DNA of 64,000 nucleotides, taken from assembly GCF_009834535.1 (NCBI RefSeq), contig NC_045696.1, forward strand, positions 100,566,001 through 100,630,000, written 5' to 3'. Below the pieces are notes generated by a model. The model was not told the DNA's origin, did no database searches, and saw only the letters and a list, made by a program, of their open reading frames with translations. The translations under genes and the position numbers were made by a program. Numbering within the stretch: the stretch's first letter is position 1; each line of letters opens with the position of its first letter. Below, in pieces: positions 48,541-63,044 of the stretch. The stretch comes from Camelus ferus. Taxonomy: Eukaryota.

Positions 48541-48915
48541 TATCTTATGTTGATTTCCATGAGAAGCAGATTCTGAGTTGGAGATTAGCTGCAGAACATT
48601 TATCGAGGAGAGCTCTTGGGAAAAACAGTGCTAAAGGGGGAAGCGGGACTGGGCAGAGGGAATGATTCAATCATGATGTCAAGGAACAGAAGCCTCAAGT
48701 GATCTCCTGAAGCTCCAGAGCTGGACAGTCCTCAGAGTTGTCCTCGGTCAAGGTGAATGGGCAGGCTGGGACTGAGTATCCCAACACTGACCTGCCAAGA
48801 AACACGGGCTGCCTCTGAGAAGAATGCATGAATAGGAGCAGACAGCTCTCCCCTGGAGGACAGTGACCAGAGCCAGCTGGGAGAATTGGTGCCAGACTCT
48901 TGGAGTCTGGGTAGC
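48541..48915 (-). mobile_element. Ancient ERVL-class LTR fragment
   Basis: tatcttatgttgatttccatgagaagcagattctgagttggagattag, the reverse of an LTR16/LTR40-type end. Confidence 0.5.
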
Positions 48916-49799
48916 ACACAACGGGATGTCAACTTTGAGAGCAGATACCTGCTGTTCTCTTTCGGCCCTACTAGAGAAAATGTAGCATATAATGCAACTG
49001 CTAACATTTGTAGAATGGATGGTCAGTTTTCCTGAGTACTAGAAAATTAATCATCTCCTGTGGTGTTAACTTTCCTGAGACATATAGATATAAATAATGA
49101 CTAAGCGTTTTCTTGAAATGTTTACCATCTTGATCCTGGTTGACAATGACATCATACCATCTTTAGCCTGGGTGACAATTTTGAAAGTTTATAACAGTTG
49201 ACTTGAAGATTTTAGACTCTCTGACTTATTTAGATTTAAACTTGTTGAGGTAGAAAAAATGATCTAGATGACTTATTTGAGACTAAGTGAGCTTAATTTT
49301 ATTCTGACATATGGTCAAATATTATGGTAATTGATTCAGTCCCTCATGAGAAATTCTAAATGCTAAAAATCGCTTTTCCAATATGCATATTGTATATATT
49401 TAACACAGTAAGGTCACAGATCTAAATTTATAGCTAGGCCTGTAATGAATTTATTAATGATGGGACACTATCAAAAGCTTAATATTTCTAAATATCTTAT
49501 ATCACTACTTAATTTTTTTATATCAAAGTAGCTCGCTTTACATTAAAGATTTCCTACCACAGCAATTGCAATAATTAAACTCACTGAAGCCTGACTAGGT
49601 ATAAAGTGTAAACATAGGCTTTCTTTGTTGCATGAAAAATGCGTGTACTTTATTTTCAAAGACTGGGACTGTTTATTAGGGATGATTTCATTTTAAAATG
49701 TGTACTTTTGATAGGCAGAAAAAAGTAAAATGGAGTTAACTGGTTGAGTTGCAGTAGAAAATACATTAATTATTCAAGAAAATTTGTATTATATATATC

Positions 49800-52700
49800 T
49801 ATATATATATAAAATAGAAGGAGAATATCAAATGATTGTGTCTTTAAATAGGAAAAAAGCATTTGGCAAAATTCAGCCCCCATTCATAATACAAACTGAG
49901 CAAACTGAAAGTGGAATGGGTGCTTCAATCTTACAAAAGACGACTAAGGAAATGAGACATCAAATTCAGTGCTCAATACTTACATATTAAATGCTTCACA
50001 CAAGATGAGAAATAAGAAAAAGATGACCATTCTCTTCTCTTTTAGATAACATTATACTAGAAGTCCTAGTGAGGGCAATAATGCAAGAAAATAAAACAGT
50101 AGCATAAATCCTGGAAACGAAACTACTCAAATTAACACATGAATTCAGTAAGGCAGGGCATATGGTCAATATATAAAAATCTAATAAATTTTAATGTTCT
50201 AGCAGCGGATAATTGGAAAGTGAAAATTTTAAACTATTATTCACAGTGTATCAACAAGTAACTTAACAAAAGAGATGCAGAAATCCCTCTATCCTGAAAA
50301 CTACAGTGTTTCAGAGAGCAAAAGACCTACGAATAGGGTAACAATAACAGGTTTATAAACTAGAAGACTCGATACTATTAAGGTGCCTTTTCTCTCTGTA
50401 TTGGTTTTCTAAAGCTGCCATTAAAAAGTATCACAAACTGAGTAGCTTAAATAATAGAAATTTACTGTCTCACATTCCTAGAGGCTGGAAGGCTGGAATC
50501 AAGAGCTGTCTGTTGGGTGTGAGGGAAAAATCTGTTTCACGCCTCTCTGCTGGATTGTGCTGGCTTGCTGCCAACCTTTTGTGTTCCTTAGCTTGTACAC
50601 ACACCACCCTAATCTCTATTTTCATGTTACGTGGCATTCTGCTTGTGTGTGTGTCTGAATCCAAGTTTTTCCCTTTAATAAAGACATCAATCATATTGGA
50701 TTAGAAGGCCACTCTACTCCAACACAGCTCCACCTTAACTAATTACATCTGCAGTGACCCTATTTACAAATAAATACATTCTTAGGTCGTGGGGGTTATG
50801 ATATCAACACATGAATTTGGGAGGGGACACAATTCAATATATAATACTGTACAAATTTATCTACAGTTTTAATACAATCTCAACAGAAATTCCCAGTGGG
50901 TTTTTTTTTTATTTGTTTGTTTGTTTGTTTTGGTAAATGTAACAATCTGATTTTAAACTTAATGGATATTACAAGGACCTAGAATATCCAAAACTTGTTG
51001 AAAAGAAGACAACTATTAGAAGGCGCATACAACCTGTTCAACAAGAAAATTTTAGAAGGAAACAGAAGACAACAAATCTACACTATTGAGTAGGAAATAC
51101 TTTTAGGACACATAAAACACTAAGCATGAAAGTAAAAAAAAAAAAAAAGCAAACATGGTGCACAAACACACGTACTATACAAAGTGGTAAAATGAACATT
51201 GTCAAAATTAGAACTGCTTTTCAGGAGAGACTGATGTTACCAAGGTGTTGGGTGATGCTAGCATGGGAAACCCTATTACAACAAGCAGTCCAAACTTGGA
51301 AACCTTTTTGTCCTTAAGTGCCTGAGACTCCTTTCCCCCATGAAACTACTGGCCTGGCTTGGGGGAAATTCTACTCCCTCTGATACTGTCAGCACTTATG
51401 CGTGGGTGCCCCATTGGTATCAGATAAACCAAGTAGACCAAAAATAATAATCACAAAACCTCTGATAATTAAACTTATGGAACCACAGAACAACAAAGCA
51501 GAATAGGAACAGTGGGCTTAACCTAAACAAAATGACTGCTTGCTAAAATAAAAAATTTAAATAGGACTCAGGCTCTCCCAACATAGACAACATGTTTATC
51601 ATACCATAGCCATCTTACCAGGAATCAGAAAATAACACTTGAATGAGAGAAGACAATTAACTGATTCCAGTACTGAGATGTTGAAACTATTCTGACAAAG
51701 ACTTTAAGGCAGCCATTGTAAAAGTATTTTAAAATCAATGAAAAATTCACTTAAAACAAATGAAAATACAAAAGTTCTCAACAATGAGTAGAAGGAATAA
51801 AGATGAATTAAATGGAACTGATAAAACTGAAAAATATAACAAATAAAAAAAAAATCACTAGATGGACTCAATAGTAGAATGACAATGACAAAGACTAGAT
51901 TCAGTGAATTTGAGAAGCGATCAAAAGAATTTACCTAATCTAAACAATAGAGGAAAAACAGAGTGGGAAAAAATTAAAGAGTTTCAGGGATCTGTGAGAC
52001 AATACCAAAAGATTCACATTCATGTCAGCGTCTCCCCTAAAAAGGAGAAAAAGAGTGGGACAGAAACAGTATTTGAAGAAAATAGTGACTGAAAACTCCC
52101 CAAATTTGGTCAAATTCACAAACCTACAGATTCAAGAAGCAAGGTGAACACCAGGAGAGGATTAGCTCAGGAAAATACACACTAAGACATAATTTAGCGA
52201 ACCTTTTAGAAAAGAAAGACAGAAAAACTTGATAGCAGCCAGAGAGAAGTGAAATATTACTTATGAAAGACATCAATTTGAATGATGAATTTCTCACCTG
52301 AAACCAAGGTGGCTAGAAGGAAGTGGCTTCAACATCTCTTAAGTGCCATAAAAAGAAAGAACACTCAGCTTGTAAATTCCATATTCAATAAAAGCAACCT
52401 TCAGGAATGAAGGGGAAAAAAGACATTCTCAGACTAAAGAAAACCACAAGAATTTTCACTAGCTGACCTACTCATAAAGACTGGCTAAAGGAAATTCTTC
52501 AAAGAGAAATAAAATGATAAAAGAATTATGAAATGTCAGGAAGGAGGAAGGATGAAAAAGTAGAAATGTAAGTACATACTATATGCTGTACTTTTCCACA
52601 TGCATTTTACAAATCATATTTTGATGATTTAAAAATTATAACAGCATAAAATATCACAGAAAGTGTTATCTGATGTAATGGAACCAAACTGAAAATCAAT

Positions 52701-52800
52701 AGCAGAAAGAGACAAGGAAAACGTCTAAACATGTGTAAATTAAACAACGAACTTGTGAACAACTCATAAGTCAGAGTAAGTCTCAAAGAAAATTTAAACA
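49800..52800 (+). mobile_element. Old LINE-1 fragments (RT region, then 5'UTR/ORF1 and EN pieces)
   Basis: aaaaaagcatttggcaaaattcagcccccattcataat ([14 protein letters not shown]), ctagaagtcctag; ORF1-like gtatttgaagaaaatagtgactgaaaactccccaaattt...acagattcaagaagc. Confidence 0.7.
50397..50846 (-). mobile_element. MaLR solo LTR (MLT1B/C-like) nested in old L1
   Basis: tgtattggttttctaaagctgcc...aattacatctgcagtgaccctattt...gggacacaattcaa. Confidence 0.8.
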
Positions 52801-53930
52801 CAAGTCTTATTTCTAAGACCTGTGCAATAACTAATTTTTCTAGTCTTACAGAAAGTCAGAAAGTATATAGGCCATTTGTGAGTTAAGTTCTTTTTCTTCA
52901 GAATTAAAGGTAACATATTGTACAGGATTATTTTCCAAACAACCTGCTCCATCTTGAAAATTATTTTTTTTGCTTTTTGTTAAATTTGGCTATGTGAGTC
53001 ATGTGTTCTTTTTAAACTTCTAGTACCATAGTCATTAGACCTAAGGAGTAACTACTCTAGGTACAGCTAGTATCCTTAGTTTCTTAACTCACAGATTGTA
53101 CACCCATTAGAATGGCTAAAATCTAAAAGACTGACAAATGCAACCACTTCAGGATATTGCAGGGCATTTTTGATTCAATTGTTTATTAGAATACGTTCAG
53201 TAATAGTGTGAAAGTATTAATGTTGTTAATATCAAGATGACAAATAAAATACCTGTAAACATTTTGTTTCTGTGTTAATGATCAATATTCTCAAATATTT
53301 CAAAAAAGCACAGTTTTTTTGTCAAAAACTTTGAAAAAGCATATGTTTTCAGATGAATTTTCTGCAACTATACATATTTATGTATGAATATATTATAATT
53401 TTCTTAGGAATCTTATCAGTTATTTAAAAGCATAGAACTAAGTAAGAAAATAACATCACATTTAATTAAAATGAAGAATTATTTCAGCACAGTATAAGAT
53501 GCACTCTCTTTTATGACAATACTTAGAATAATTTAAAGCTTAAAAATAACTATGACCACCTGTCTTATTTGCTTAGCTGAATTTTGTTGATTTTATCTAG
53601 ACATATCTAAGTAAGATGACTTTTTAAACATCTGTATCTGGGAAATGCTAATCTGAGTTAATGGAACAAAGATGGTTTTTATTTGATGTGCATTTAATCA
53701 ATTTAAATTAAAAATACAATTTAAAAAACTTGAGATAATTATTAAATATTCAATAAGACCAGAGAATTATATGTCTACCCTTATCTTCACCATAAAATGA
53801 GAACTTTCTGAGGTAAAGTAAGTTCTATTTGAAAATAGATTTGTTTTCAGCTTTCATGTTCATTGAAATTCGTAAGTCATTAATTCAGGAAATACTAAGT
53901 GAATATCTGCTGCAGGAGAGTTACTGTCAA

Positions 53931-54009
53931 GGAAGGGCATAGCTCAGTGGTAGAGCACCTGCTTAGCATGCAGGACGTCCTGGGTTCCATCCCCAGTACC
54001 TCCATTAAA
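53931..54009 (+). mobile_element. tRNA-Ala-derived SINE (Vic-1-like)
   Basis: ggaagggcatagctcagtggtagagcacctgcttagcatgcaggacgtcctgggttccatccccagtacctcca; imperfect TSD gagagttactgtc/gagaatcactgtc. Confidence 0.88.
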
Positions 54010-54762
54010 GAGAATCACTGTCCAGCACTCAGCAGCGTGGAGGATGGAGAGAAGCATCGGGAGATCCAGACCATATTAAGTACACACCAAGAAAGAGTTG
54101 TACAGCCTTTTATATTACAAATGTGAGTGTTACACCATTATTGTCTCAGTGTTCTCATTTGACACAATGGAAAAATGATCATTACATAAAGCATGCCAGA
54201 GTGAAGCAAAGGGCAGGGTGAGGAACAAATATACCAAATCTTTACTGTGTCTTTAGTGCTGTTATGATTGACTCTCTGAAGTGTGTTCTCCTTTAGAAGT
54301 TGGAAGCAAATGAATTGTGACACATCTGTAATTATCATAGCTAACTGGCTTATCTAGATTTCTTCATTTCTGGGTACAAGCACAAATCTTGGCATCTAAG
54401 TGCATTTTCCATATTATTGTTAGAAAAAAGCAAGACTGAAAGCAGCCAAATACGTGGTATTTTCCGTTTGACAAGACTGAGTTCAGTGTTCACGTGTTCT
54501 AACAGAAGTATTTCTGTGATTTGTCATTTTGCTCAACAACCTGATTGAGTGTATCAGTGTCTCCTTATGTAAAACATAAATAAATAGAAGATGCTCTGAG
54601 GTAATGACTTTCTTTGGACTGGGGCTAACCTAGGACTGAATCAGCACACCAGCATACCTCCCACCACTTCACTATGAAATCACATAGATTTGATTAGATT
54701 CCTTCTGCATGATCAGTTTAAGCCTGCCAGTTTGCCTTTCTCTCTCCTACACCTCTCTTCTG

Positions 54763-54764
<2 letters not shown>

Positions 54765-54816
<52 letters not shown>
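54765..54816. repeat. (AC)n microsatellite, ~26 units
   Basis: Perfect dinucleotide run. Confidence 0.97.
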
Positions 54817-54818
<2 letters not shown>

Positions 54819-57064
54819 TTAAATAAAATTAAAAGTATCTTTGACCCTCACTGGGAAAGAGTATTCACAACCAGTTTCATTGAGATACTGATCAATAGGC
54901 TTTGGGAAGACACAGTCTCTATTTTGAATCATTCTTATCTGATTATTTGGTAATTTTTTAGGTAACACTCTTCAAGTTCCACTAACAAATGAGCAGAGTT
55001 TTGCTCAACAATGTTTAACTCCTAAATTCTAGAAAAAACCCCACTTATTTTCATATTTGGGGGAAAAAAGAGAAAATTCTTACTCTTCTCAAAATGTTTC
55101 TGGAGGGCTCTATCAGAAAATAAAATAGTTTAAATGCAGAGTTAATCCCATTTGTAAGTCTGGACCTGCCTATTCTATTAAGTCACTAACTGGGATGTAT
55201 TCCCCTTCACATTCAATTTGCCAGTCACACTTGTCTCAGTATTTCAATGAAGATAAATTATAACTGTTGGTAATTAGTTAATTGGTAATTTGCTCATTCA
55301 TCTCCATATTGTGTTTTGTTTTTGCCATCTTGTTTATTGCATTATTCTTTCCTGTTTTTCATTTCTGAAGATGGGGAACCAAAATTAGAATAAATATCAG
55401 CCCTGAAATTCCCAAGTAATATAAGCCAAGCAGCTGTTATCACTTAGGAAATTAGATTTAATTTAGAAGTGAGTGGGGAAAGACAGGAGGACGTGAAATA
55501 AGACCCATCCAAAGTATAATGTAAAACTGTAATCCCAAAATAATGCAAAGGTTAGAGTGAAAAATCATAGGAGCAGAACCCATTTTGGAGTTAGAGGAAT
55601 TATGCTCATTCTGACCCTTCCATTCACTGTGGCGTGACCATAGGCGAGTAAGTTTTCTTCTCTAAACTTCTGCTACATTCTACCAGCCAAGATTCTTAAG
55701 TCCAAGCAGTGAAGTTACTGGTTAGTTAAAGAAGAAAAACGTTCATTAAAGGATATTACACAGTCAATCAACACTGAGGAGGACCAGAGAATCAGATCCA
55801 GTGTCTTTCCAGCAAAGACAAGTGCCCACATCATACTACACTGTCTGCTGTAAGAAAACCCACACTGCTGCTTCCCCAGGGCACAGACAACACCATGATG
55901 CTGTGCATCACATGTCAAAATCTCCACCACAGGGCCATCTCAAAGCATGATATGTCCTTTACCTCTCAATCACATGACAGTTCCTGCAGGATCCCTACTT
56001 CCTCATGCAACTTTTCCAAACCAAGGCCTTAAGCAGTTGCATTTCATTAGTAGAGTCTAGACCCTGTGCGCTGTGTTCAAGAAAGTTGAGAAAATGACTT
56101 GCTAGCTTTTCCCTTGGGCATGTAGAACTTAAACAGAAATCCTATCTTAATATGGGGTAGAGCAGTGTTTAAAAGTTCTAGATGACCATAAAATTCAATA
56201 AGTATGCACTACCATCATAACAATGTCATTATATATCCTTTCTCCATCCCTAAGTTTTCAAACAGAAAAATCATCTCATGAAGGTGATGAACTTTCCTTT
56301 GGGAAAAAACAAACAAACAAACCAAGAACATACATAGTCACCTCCCGAAAAGGCTGAAATCCTGCATTCCAGTCGTCACTGCATGCTGTACCAAGTCCAA
56401 GGTAGCTAGGTGATATCCATCGCTATATTACCTCCTCAAAGTCCCATCTTGATACTTTGTAACCTATCATAGTATGTGAAGTAACTTTCCAAAATTTTAC
56501 ATTGTACAAAATAGTACAGAAAATGTTAGAAGAGTAAGGAAAGAAGAATCAGTTAAAATATAAATATGTGTATAGAAAACAATATGATTAATGTTTAGAT
56601 GTCACAGTCATTTTTTTGCAAATGGTCCTGAGAGTCTAGTCTCTTTAAGGCCTTTCTTCACTGTCTTCTCTATGCTCTCTTTGCCTTCAGCCAGAACTTC
56701 AGCTTGTCCAGAACTTTTACTTGACATCGTATCCCATACATTAATACCACATCAAGTTGATGCCTCTGTGAGCTTGCCTAATGAAGTCTGCTGTATTTTT
56801 CTCTTAATAGTTAGATGGAAACACTTGCAGATCCCAAACACCCTAAACTCCAAACATACATCCTTAGCAACCACTGGAAATCAATGTTATTCCATAATAT
56901 AATCAGGATCAATCTTTCCAGTCAATATTATAACTCATTTTTTTTTTTTTTGTCCATTCTTCTGTGTTATGAGGAATCCATTAATGGCAAGTTTTTAGCA
57001 ATTTTGGCTTCCAATTCAATGGAATCAATGCACTTTCCCCTATGTAGAAATATTCCTTTCTTGG

Positions 57065-57460
57065 GTTCTGTGACAGAAACCCTGCTATGAGTTTTCCATA
57101 TTGCTTTCTCTTTTGAGACCCAGAGGAAAACTTTTCCCATCCATGTTTGGAGTTTGGTTGGGGCCTTGTGACTGAGGTTTAGTTGCCACAATGTGGTCAG
57201 AAGTAACATTAGCTGTTTCCAGATGTGGTCCTTAAGAGGACCCCTAAAAGGACCCCATTTAAATCTACTGCCCTCTCTCCCCTTCTGCAATGGCATTGGA
57301 GGCCACACTTTTCAGTTGTTGTAGTTGCCAGATGGGAAATACTGACTGATCTGCACCAGACTGTGATAAGTATATGTGGAAAAAATCATTTTTTTCATAC
57401 CAAAGAGATTTAATTGTTTGTTTATTTGCATAGCATAACCTATCTTATCCTTACTTTTAC
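57065..57460 (+). mobile_element. Ancient MaLR LTR (MLT1I/J-like)
   Basis: ggggccttgtgactgagg...atgtggtcagaagta...tgcatagcataacctatcttatcc. Confidence 0.5.
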
Positions 57461-58665
57461 TGGTACTAAGCCTTCTAATAGAATAGAATTCAAAAACAAA
57501 AGAATGAAACATGTCACTCTTGAATGGGCCAGACAAGTGACATCTCAATTTCCACCTCCTTGCTCCTGGACTCACACATTTTGGATACACGGGAAAAAGT
57601 ATTATATTGCTATTAATTACTGTTCTCTTAGTAAAATAGTGAGAGTGGGGTGGGGATTACTTCTGTTGTTTTCTGTTCATTGGAATGAAAAAAAGTATTC
57701 TGGCTCAGTTCTGACAGTTCAATCTCTAGCAAGTTTTAAATGCTAAGAAAATTAAGGTTAATTGTGTAGATGGAGAAAAAAGTAAACTAAAGTTGAAGCG
57801 TTTGAAGGTAAAGGTTCAAAATAATATTCTAAGATTATAATTAATGTATTAGAGAAAGTGATGGTTTGATACAGAAAGAATTATAGAGTACTCAACTTTA
57901 ATCTAACATCTTCAAATGCTAACTTTATGACTGTCCATGGATGTTATTTAAATTCTCCAAAATTCAACACTTATTTTTGAAATGGTTTTAATGCTAACAA
58001 ATATTATAAACACCAAATGGTTCACTTATTCAAAAGGTGTTGCACAATATACCGCATAAATGTTGAGAGTCTTAACAAAGTATTATCACTTTTGATGCAT
58101 TTTGATATAATTTACATATTTTGAATATATAATGAATTTTTCTCTCTTCCTTGACCTTGAGTAATATTCCCTATGAGTAATATATTGGCATATCCATTTA
58201 TAGCTAACCATGAAACTAAAGTTTCAGAAATTTCAGCATCCTATTTCTCCATCTATAATGCAAGGATGATAAACTGTAATGAAAGTCAGGAAAAGAATCT
58301 CATTGAACAAATTATTGTTTTCAACATTTTTTAGAGGCTGAAACTTAAATTAGCAGAGACACATGCAGTGAAGTTGAATCAGAGGTATTTTGTAATAAAA
58401 GATCAAAACACCTTTCTCCCAGTTGGTACAAAAAGATAATGAAGGTGAGAGATTACAAAACAGCCACTCTCCAGGTTCAGATACCTTGAAATCAGTGTGC
58501 ATTTCCCTGTCTCAAAGCTCTTCCTTAAGCCACTTAAAATTCCTGTCAGCTTCAACTTCAAAATATAGTTTTAAACTGACATTTCCTTTCATCTGAAATT
58601 GTTGTTACTTCAGACCATCATAATTTCTGGCTTGGACACACAACCCATGCTATTTCCCCCTCCCA

Positions 58666-59240
58666 TTTAGTGAGGTACATTTGAAGTACAATGAACTGCA
58701 CATATGTACAGTGGCTAATTTGATTGGTTTGGGCATAAATACACAACCATGAAACCATCATCTCAATCAAGGAGATGAACATATCCACCACCTCCCAGAG
58801 TTTCCTCTTGCACCTTTATAACTCTCTCCTCCTTCTCTCCATCCCCAGACAGAGATCTGCTTCATGACACTAAAAGTCAGTTTGAATTTTCTAGAATTTT
58901 CTGTGTATAAAATCATACCTTATCTAGTCTTTTTTTCTGACTTCTTTCACTTGACATAATTATCTTGAGATCTGTCACTAGTCCCCTGCTAATATTGTAC
59001 TGCATGGATATACCGCAAAAGGTGTTTATCCATTCACTTGTTGATGGATATTTGATTGTTTCCAGTATTGTGGCTGTTTTAGTTAAAGTTGCCATGAACA
59101 TCTGTGTACAAGTGCTTCTGTGGATATGTGTTTTCTTTCCTTTTTGCTAAATGCCTAGGGGTGTAATGGCAGGATACGAGAATTTTATTTACTCCATCCT
59201 TGACAAGATTTGATAAGGTCAGTCCTAATTTTAGCCATCA
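58666..59240 (-). mobile_element. Old LINE-1 3' end (L1MB/ME-like)
   Basis: tgaggtacatttgaagtacaatgaactgcacata...gaacatatccaccacctcccagagtttcc...ccattcacttgttgatggatatttg. Confidence 0.75.
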
Positions 59241-61602
59241 TGACATTTTCTCCTATCAATCCTATTGTTTCTGAATTCTATGGTTTATGAATCCCTTTTG
59301 GTTTTTATTTAGTGTATTGTACTGTTAATTTTATATACTTTCAAAATTAAAGTTGTTGTTAGTCCAAGAGATTAGAAGCAGGATAGATGGCACAGATTTC
59401 TGTGTAGTGGGCCATATGATCCCATGGTGTAACTTGACAATTTCAAAGCAGGAATGAATGGATTTGCCAGTGATGTGTAGTGCTTTGTAGTATGCTATAC
59501 TGTTATATTACTTAATAGGAAACTAATCATCTTTCACTGGAAGGCACATAGGTAAGCTGGCTGATTAGATTTGATGCTAATTTCTAGGTCTTTTTCACAA
59601 CTAAAAAGTAGTCCATTTAGGAAACTAGAATGAAGCAGATATTTCAGTTTAAATTTATTTCCTTGAAGTTGCTTTTTTTTTAAATAATGAAAGCAGTGGA
59701 TATAAACTTAAATCTCTTGTCTCTTTACCTGCCAATGGCAAGGAGAAGCAAGGAAAAAATGATAAATCCTTGCTTAGTGAACCATAGTAAAATGAAACCA
59801 TTCAGCCATTTAGCTTTTATCACCAAGTGCAAGCCATAGTTCCTTCGTAACTATCGACCTAATTCATTTTAGTGTATGTGATGAATGCACCTAATCATTC
59901 ACTTTGATAGCACTGTTGACAAATATTTTTTGTGAAGAATGCATTAAGCTGAATGGGAAACATCTTTTTAAAAAACATTTTAAGGTATGTAGATCGAGAT
60001 TATATACGCAACTGAACTGGCTAGGGATGTGAAAACCGCATGAAAAGGGCTGAGATATTTTTGTGTTTGGAAGTGCAAGTAAGTGTTTATTATTTTAAAT
60101 TGAAACAAAGATAACTGGATATGTGTACAATCAATTATGAGGTAATAAACAAGAAATAGAGGGGTAGGTCTGGTAAATATTTATGACTATAAGTGCTATT
60201 TCAAATTATAAATTCTTCATCATTGTTTAATATCTTATAAATATATTCTTTTATATATCCACTTTATTTTTATTAACTAGCTTTATTAAAAATTCATGCT
60301 CATTAAAAAGAGTTTAGGAAAATAAGACAAAAAGAATAAAAATTATCTATAATCCTTCAACCTTTAAAAAACTGCATGAATATTTAACATGTTCTCTTTT
60401 GGACTTCTTTTCTAGGCACGATGATTTTTTTGTTTGTCTTTTTATTTCCTTCAATATGATTGGCATCATATGAAAGTCCTCCATTTCATGGTGAATTCTG
60501 TCCAGTGGGACAGTTTTTCCAGAGGATTGCATGGGTCCTAATACATAGTTATTTCTTTCATGAAACATGTAAAATTATAATGAAAGAATTTACCTTTATT
60601 ATTCCTTAGTCAACTGGAGCCTCAATCTCTCTTATGAGTGCACAGTGTCAAATTCCATCATGCATAATTTTGTGAAATTATGGTTCTTCACAAGACTCTA
60701 AACCAGTTGACTATTGTGAATACGTACAGTTTTATCAGGCAAACTAAAAATCATTGGATATGGTGGATTTCCCTTTGCTGAGTTTTTAGTGCTAACTTCT
60801 CTCTCAGTTAACTTGTGTGTATCCTCAAATATTTTTTCTTTTTCTAAAATTATAGATTTATCATTATGTATCTCAGATAGAGATACACAAATGAAATGTT
60901 ACACAAATGAAAGACAAATTGTCTGTTCACAAAAAATTGTTGATCACAACCTACAAATAGTGTAGTTTAAAATGCTGTATTTCAGAACAATGTTGATGAT
61001 TCTCCATCATCTTCTGAAATTTAGTTATATACAGGAGGCATCTTTAACTTTATTGGGTTTTGTATATAATCTGTTTTTTCATTTGATTTTTTTGTCTTCA
61101 TCCTTGACACAAAGTGGGGGGAAAAAGGTGAATTATATACATTTCAGAGTGTTTTTAAAAAATTTGGTAAAGACCATTCAGCCAGAAAGTAACAGGAACT
61201 TACATTTGAACTTGGGTCAGCTGACCTCTAAATTGCATGCATTTTATATGATAAATTTAACTAAATTATTTAGTGAAGAAATATATAAAAACTGTTTTAT
61301 TGCATTTTTATAATTTTCATAAACTAAGCCATTCATAGATATCTTCTTTTGTTTGGCCAGGTGGACATTTAATTTTATCAAGTTCTAAATCTGTTAATTC
61401 TGGTCCCAAAGAGAAGGTAGTGCTTGATCATAAATTCATATACTTCTGGTTAATCTTTCAGTGATTAATTAAAATCCAGTGTATTAAGCTCTAATGAATT
61501 TTTTTACAAAATATAATTACATTAAATAATAAAACATTAAATTTAGAGTCTTAACTATTAAATTTTTAACACTTGCATGCTCACTTAAAAATAATTCAAA
61601 CA

Positions 61603-61780
61603 GGGGGAGGAGATAGCTCAGTAGTAGAGCACATGCCTAGCATGCATGAGGTCCTGGGTTCAATCCCCAGTACCTCCACTAAGTAAATAAATAAATAGAT
61701 AAATAAATAAACTTAATTACCTCCTCCTCCAAAACAAAGAAACAAACAAATACAAACAAAAAAGATTTTCTAAAAAAAAA
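61603..61780 (+). mobile_element. tRNA-Ala-derived SINE (Vic-1-like) with extended A-rich tail
   Basis: gggggaggagatagctcagtagtagagcacatgcctagcatgcatgaggtcctgggttcaatccccagtacctcca plus (TAAA)n. TSD aattcaaaca at 61593-61602 and 61781-61790; TT/AAAA endonuclease site at the left flank. Confidence 0.92.
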
Positions 61781-63044
61781 AATTCAAACAATAATAGTTG
61801 GAGTAAGTATGAATATTTCGATTGAGTCAGGTAATATTTTATTCCAATCCTGTAAGTTTTACACTTATTACTTAAAATTAGTTTTCTTAATTGAGAATAA
61901 GTAGACAATAGAATAAAAGTGACCTAGAGAGACTATTTAGGCTTACATTAATCTCTGATTGAGTTGTGCCATCTTTGGTGATGTTACAAAGTTTGCTCAT
62001 TATATAAATAGTTTTCTCATATATGACTAGTATTTCCCTTTATTTGCCTGGTTACAGTGATAAAAGTTATAGATAAAACTCAAAACACTTGAAATAAGTC
62101 AGAGAAAATTAAGTAATTAAACTTTCAAAAGATTCTTTTTTATGTTTGCACCATTATACTTCTGAAGTTATTGAGACTCAAAACTGCACTGTGATTTTGG
62201 GACAACCTCTAGATATAACTGCTTTCTAATTAGGAGAAAGGTTTCTTTCTATTGTTTTGTCTTTTATTCCAGTTTGTGATAACTATTACCACCTGCCTAC
62301 TCAATTATTTCTTAATTACTTTTCTAGAGCAAATTGTTTATATTTATAATATAGACTCATTGAGTCATACAACTGATCATAATTCTTTCTTTCTTTGTGA
62401 TGCTAAGCAGCTCTGGTATATCTACCAGGGAGTACAGGGGATAATTAAATATACTGCCTATGATGTAATCTCCCCCAACTTTTATTTTCCTTTCTAATCT
62501 CCACATTTAGGTGTTTACTTTATTATACTGTGTGCCTTTGCTAGCTGCCTATAAGGACCCTTTATTTACCAAATTTGAGTTTAGTATAAATAAATTGCAG
62601 TGTTTTTTCAGACTTGTCTGGTGATACATCTATGTGGAAAATCCTGGAAAATTACGCTATCACTTAAATTACTAAAAATGAGATGGTTAAAATTGGTACT
62701 ATAAGGACCAGGATTGTTTAGGAATACTAATTGTTTATGAATATATGACTTTCATTTCTGGTTATGCAACTAAAAGAACCAAGCACCTTCTAGATAAGAA
62801 TTATGGCTTCTATTGACTATAACTGGTTATATGCAGTCATTAAAACCACTTGGGATTCCATTGATATTAAGTCTGAGTCTATGGACGATTGATACTTATT
62901 CCCAACAGATCCACATGTAAGGGAGATTATCTCCTACCAAACTACATTTTATTTTAAAGTGAGATTTATATTTAGAGTTTTTAAAGGTCTTAGCATTTAG
63001 CCTGACTTTTTTGATTTGATTTCATCATCATCACTGAAACTCTG

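Noticed and set aside
53931..54004. Functional tRNA-Ala genes (also 2599-2673 and 61603-61678)
   Set aside because: Mismatched stems, A-rich tails and TSDs indicate SINE copies rather than tRNA genes.
56600..57050. Possible processed pseudogene on the minus strand
   Set aside because: Short open stretches in different frames; no recognised protein, poly(A) tail or TSD.
59870..62690. Cluster of plus-strand splice-like sites (donors at 59985 and 60079; acceptors near 60415, 61360, 62410, 62611)
   Set aside because: Could not assemble a consistent frame; most segments contain stops and none resembles a known protein. Worth including in a homology search but unsupported here.
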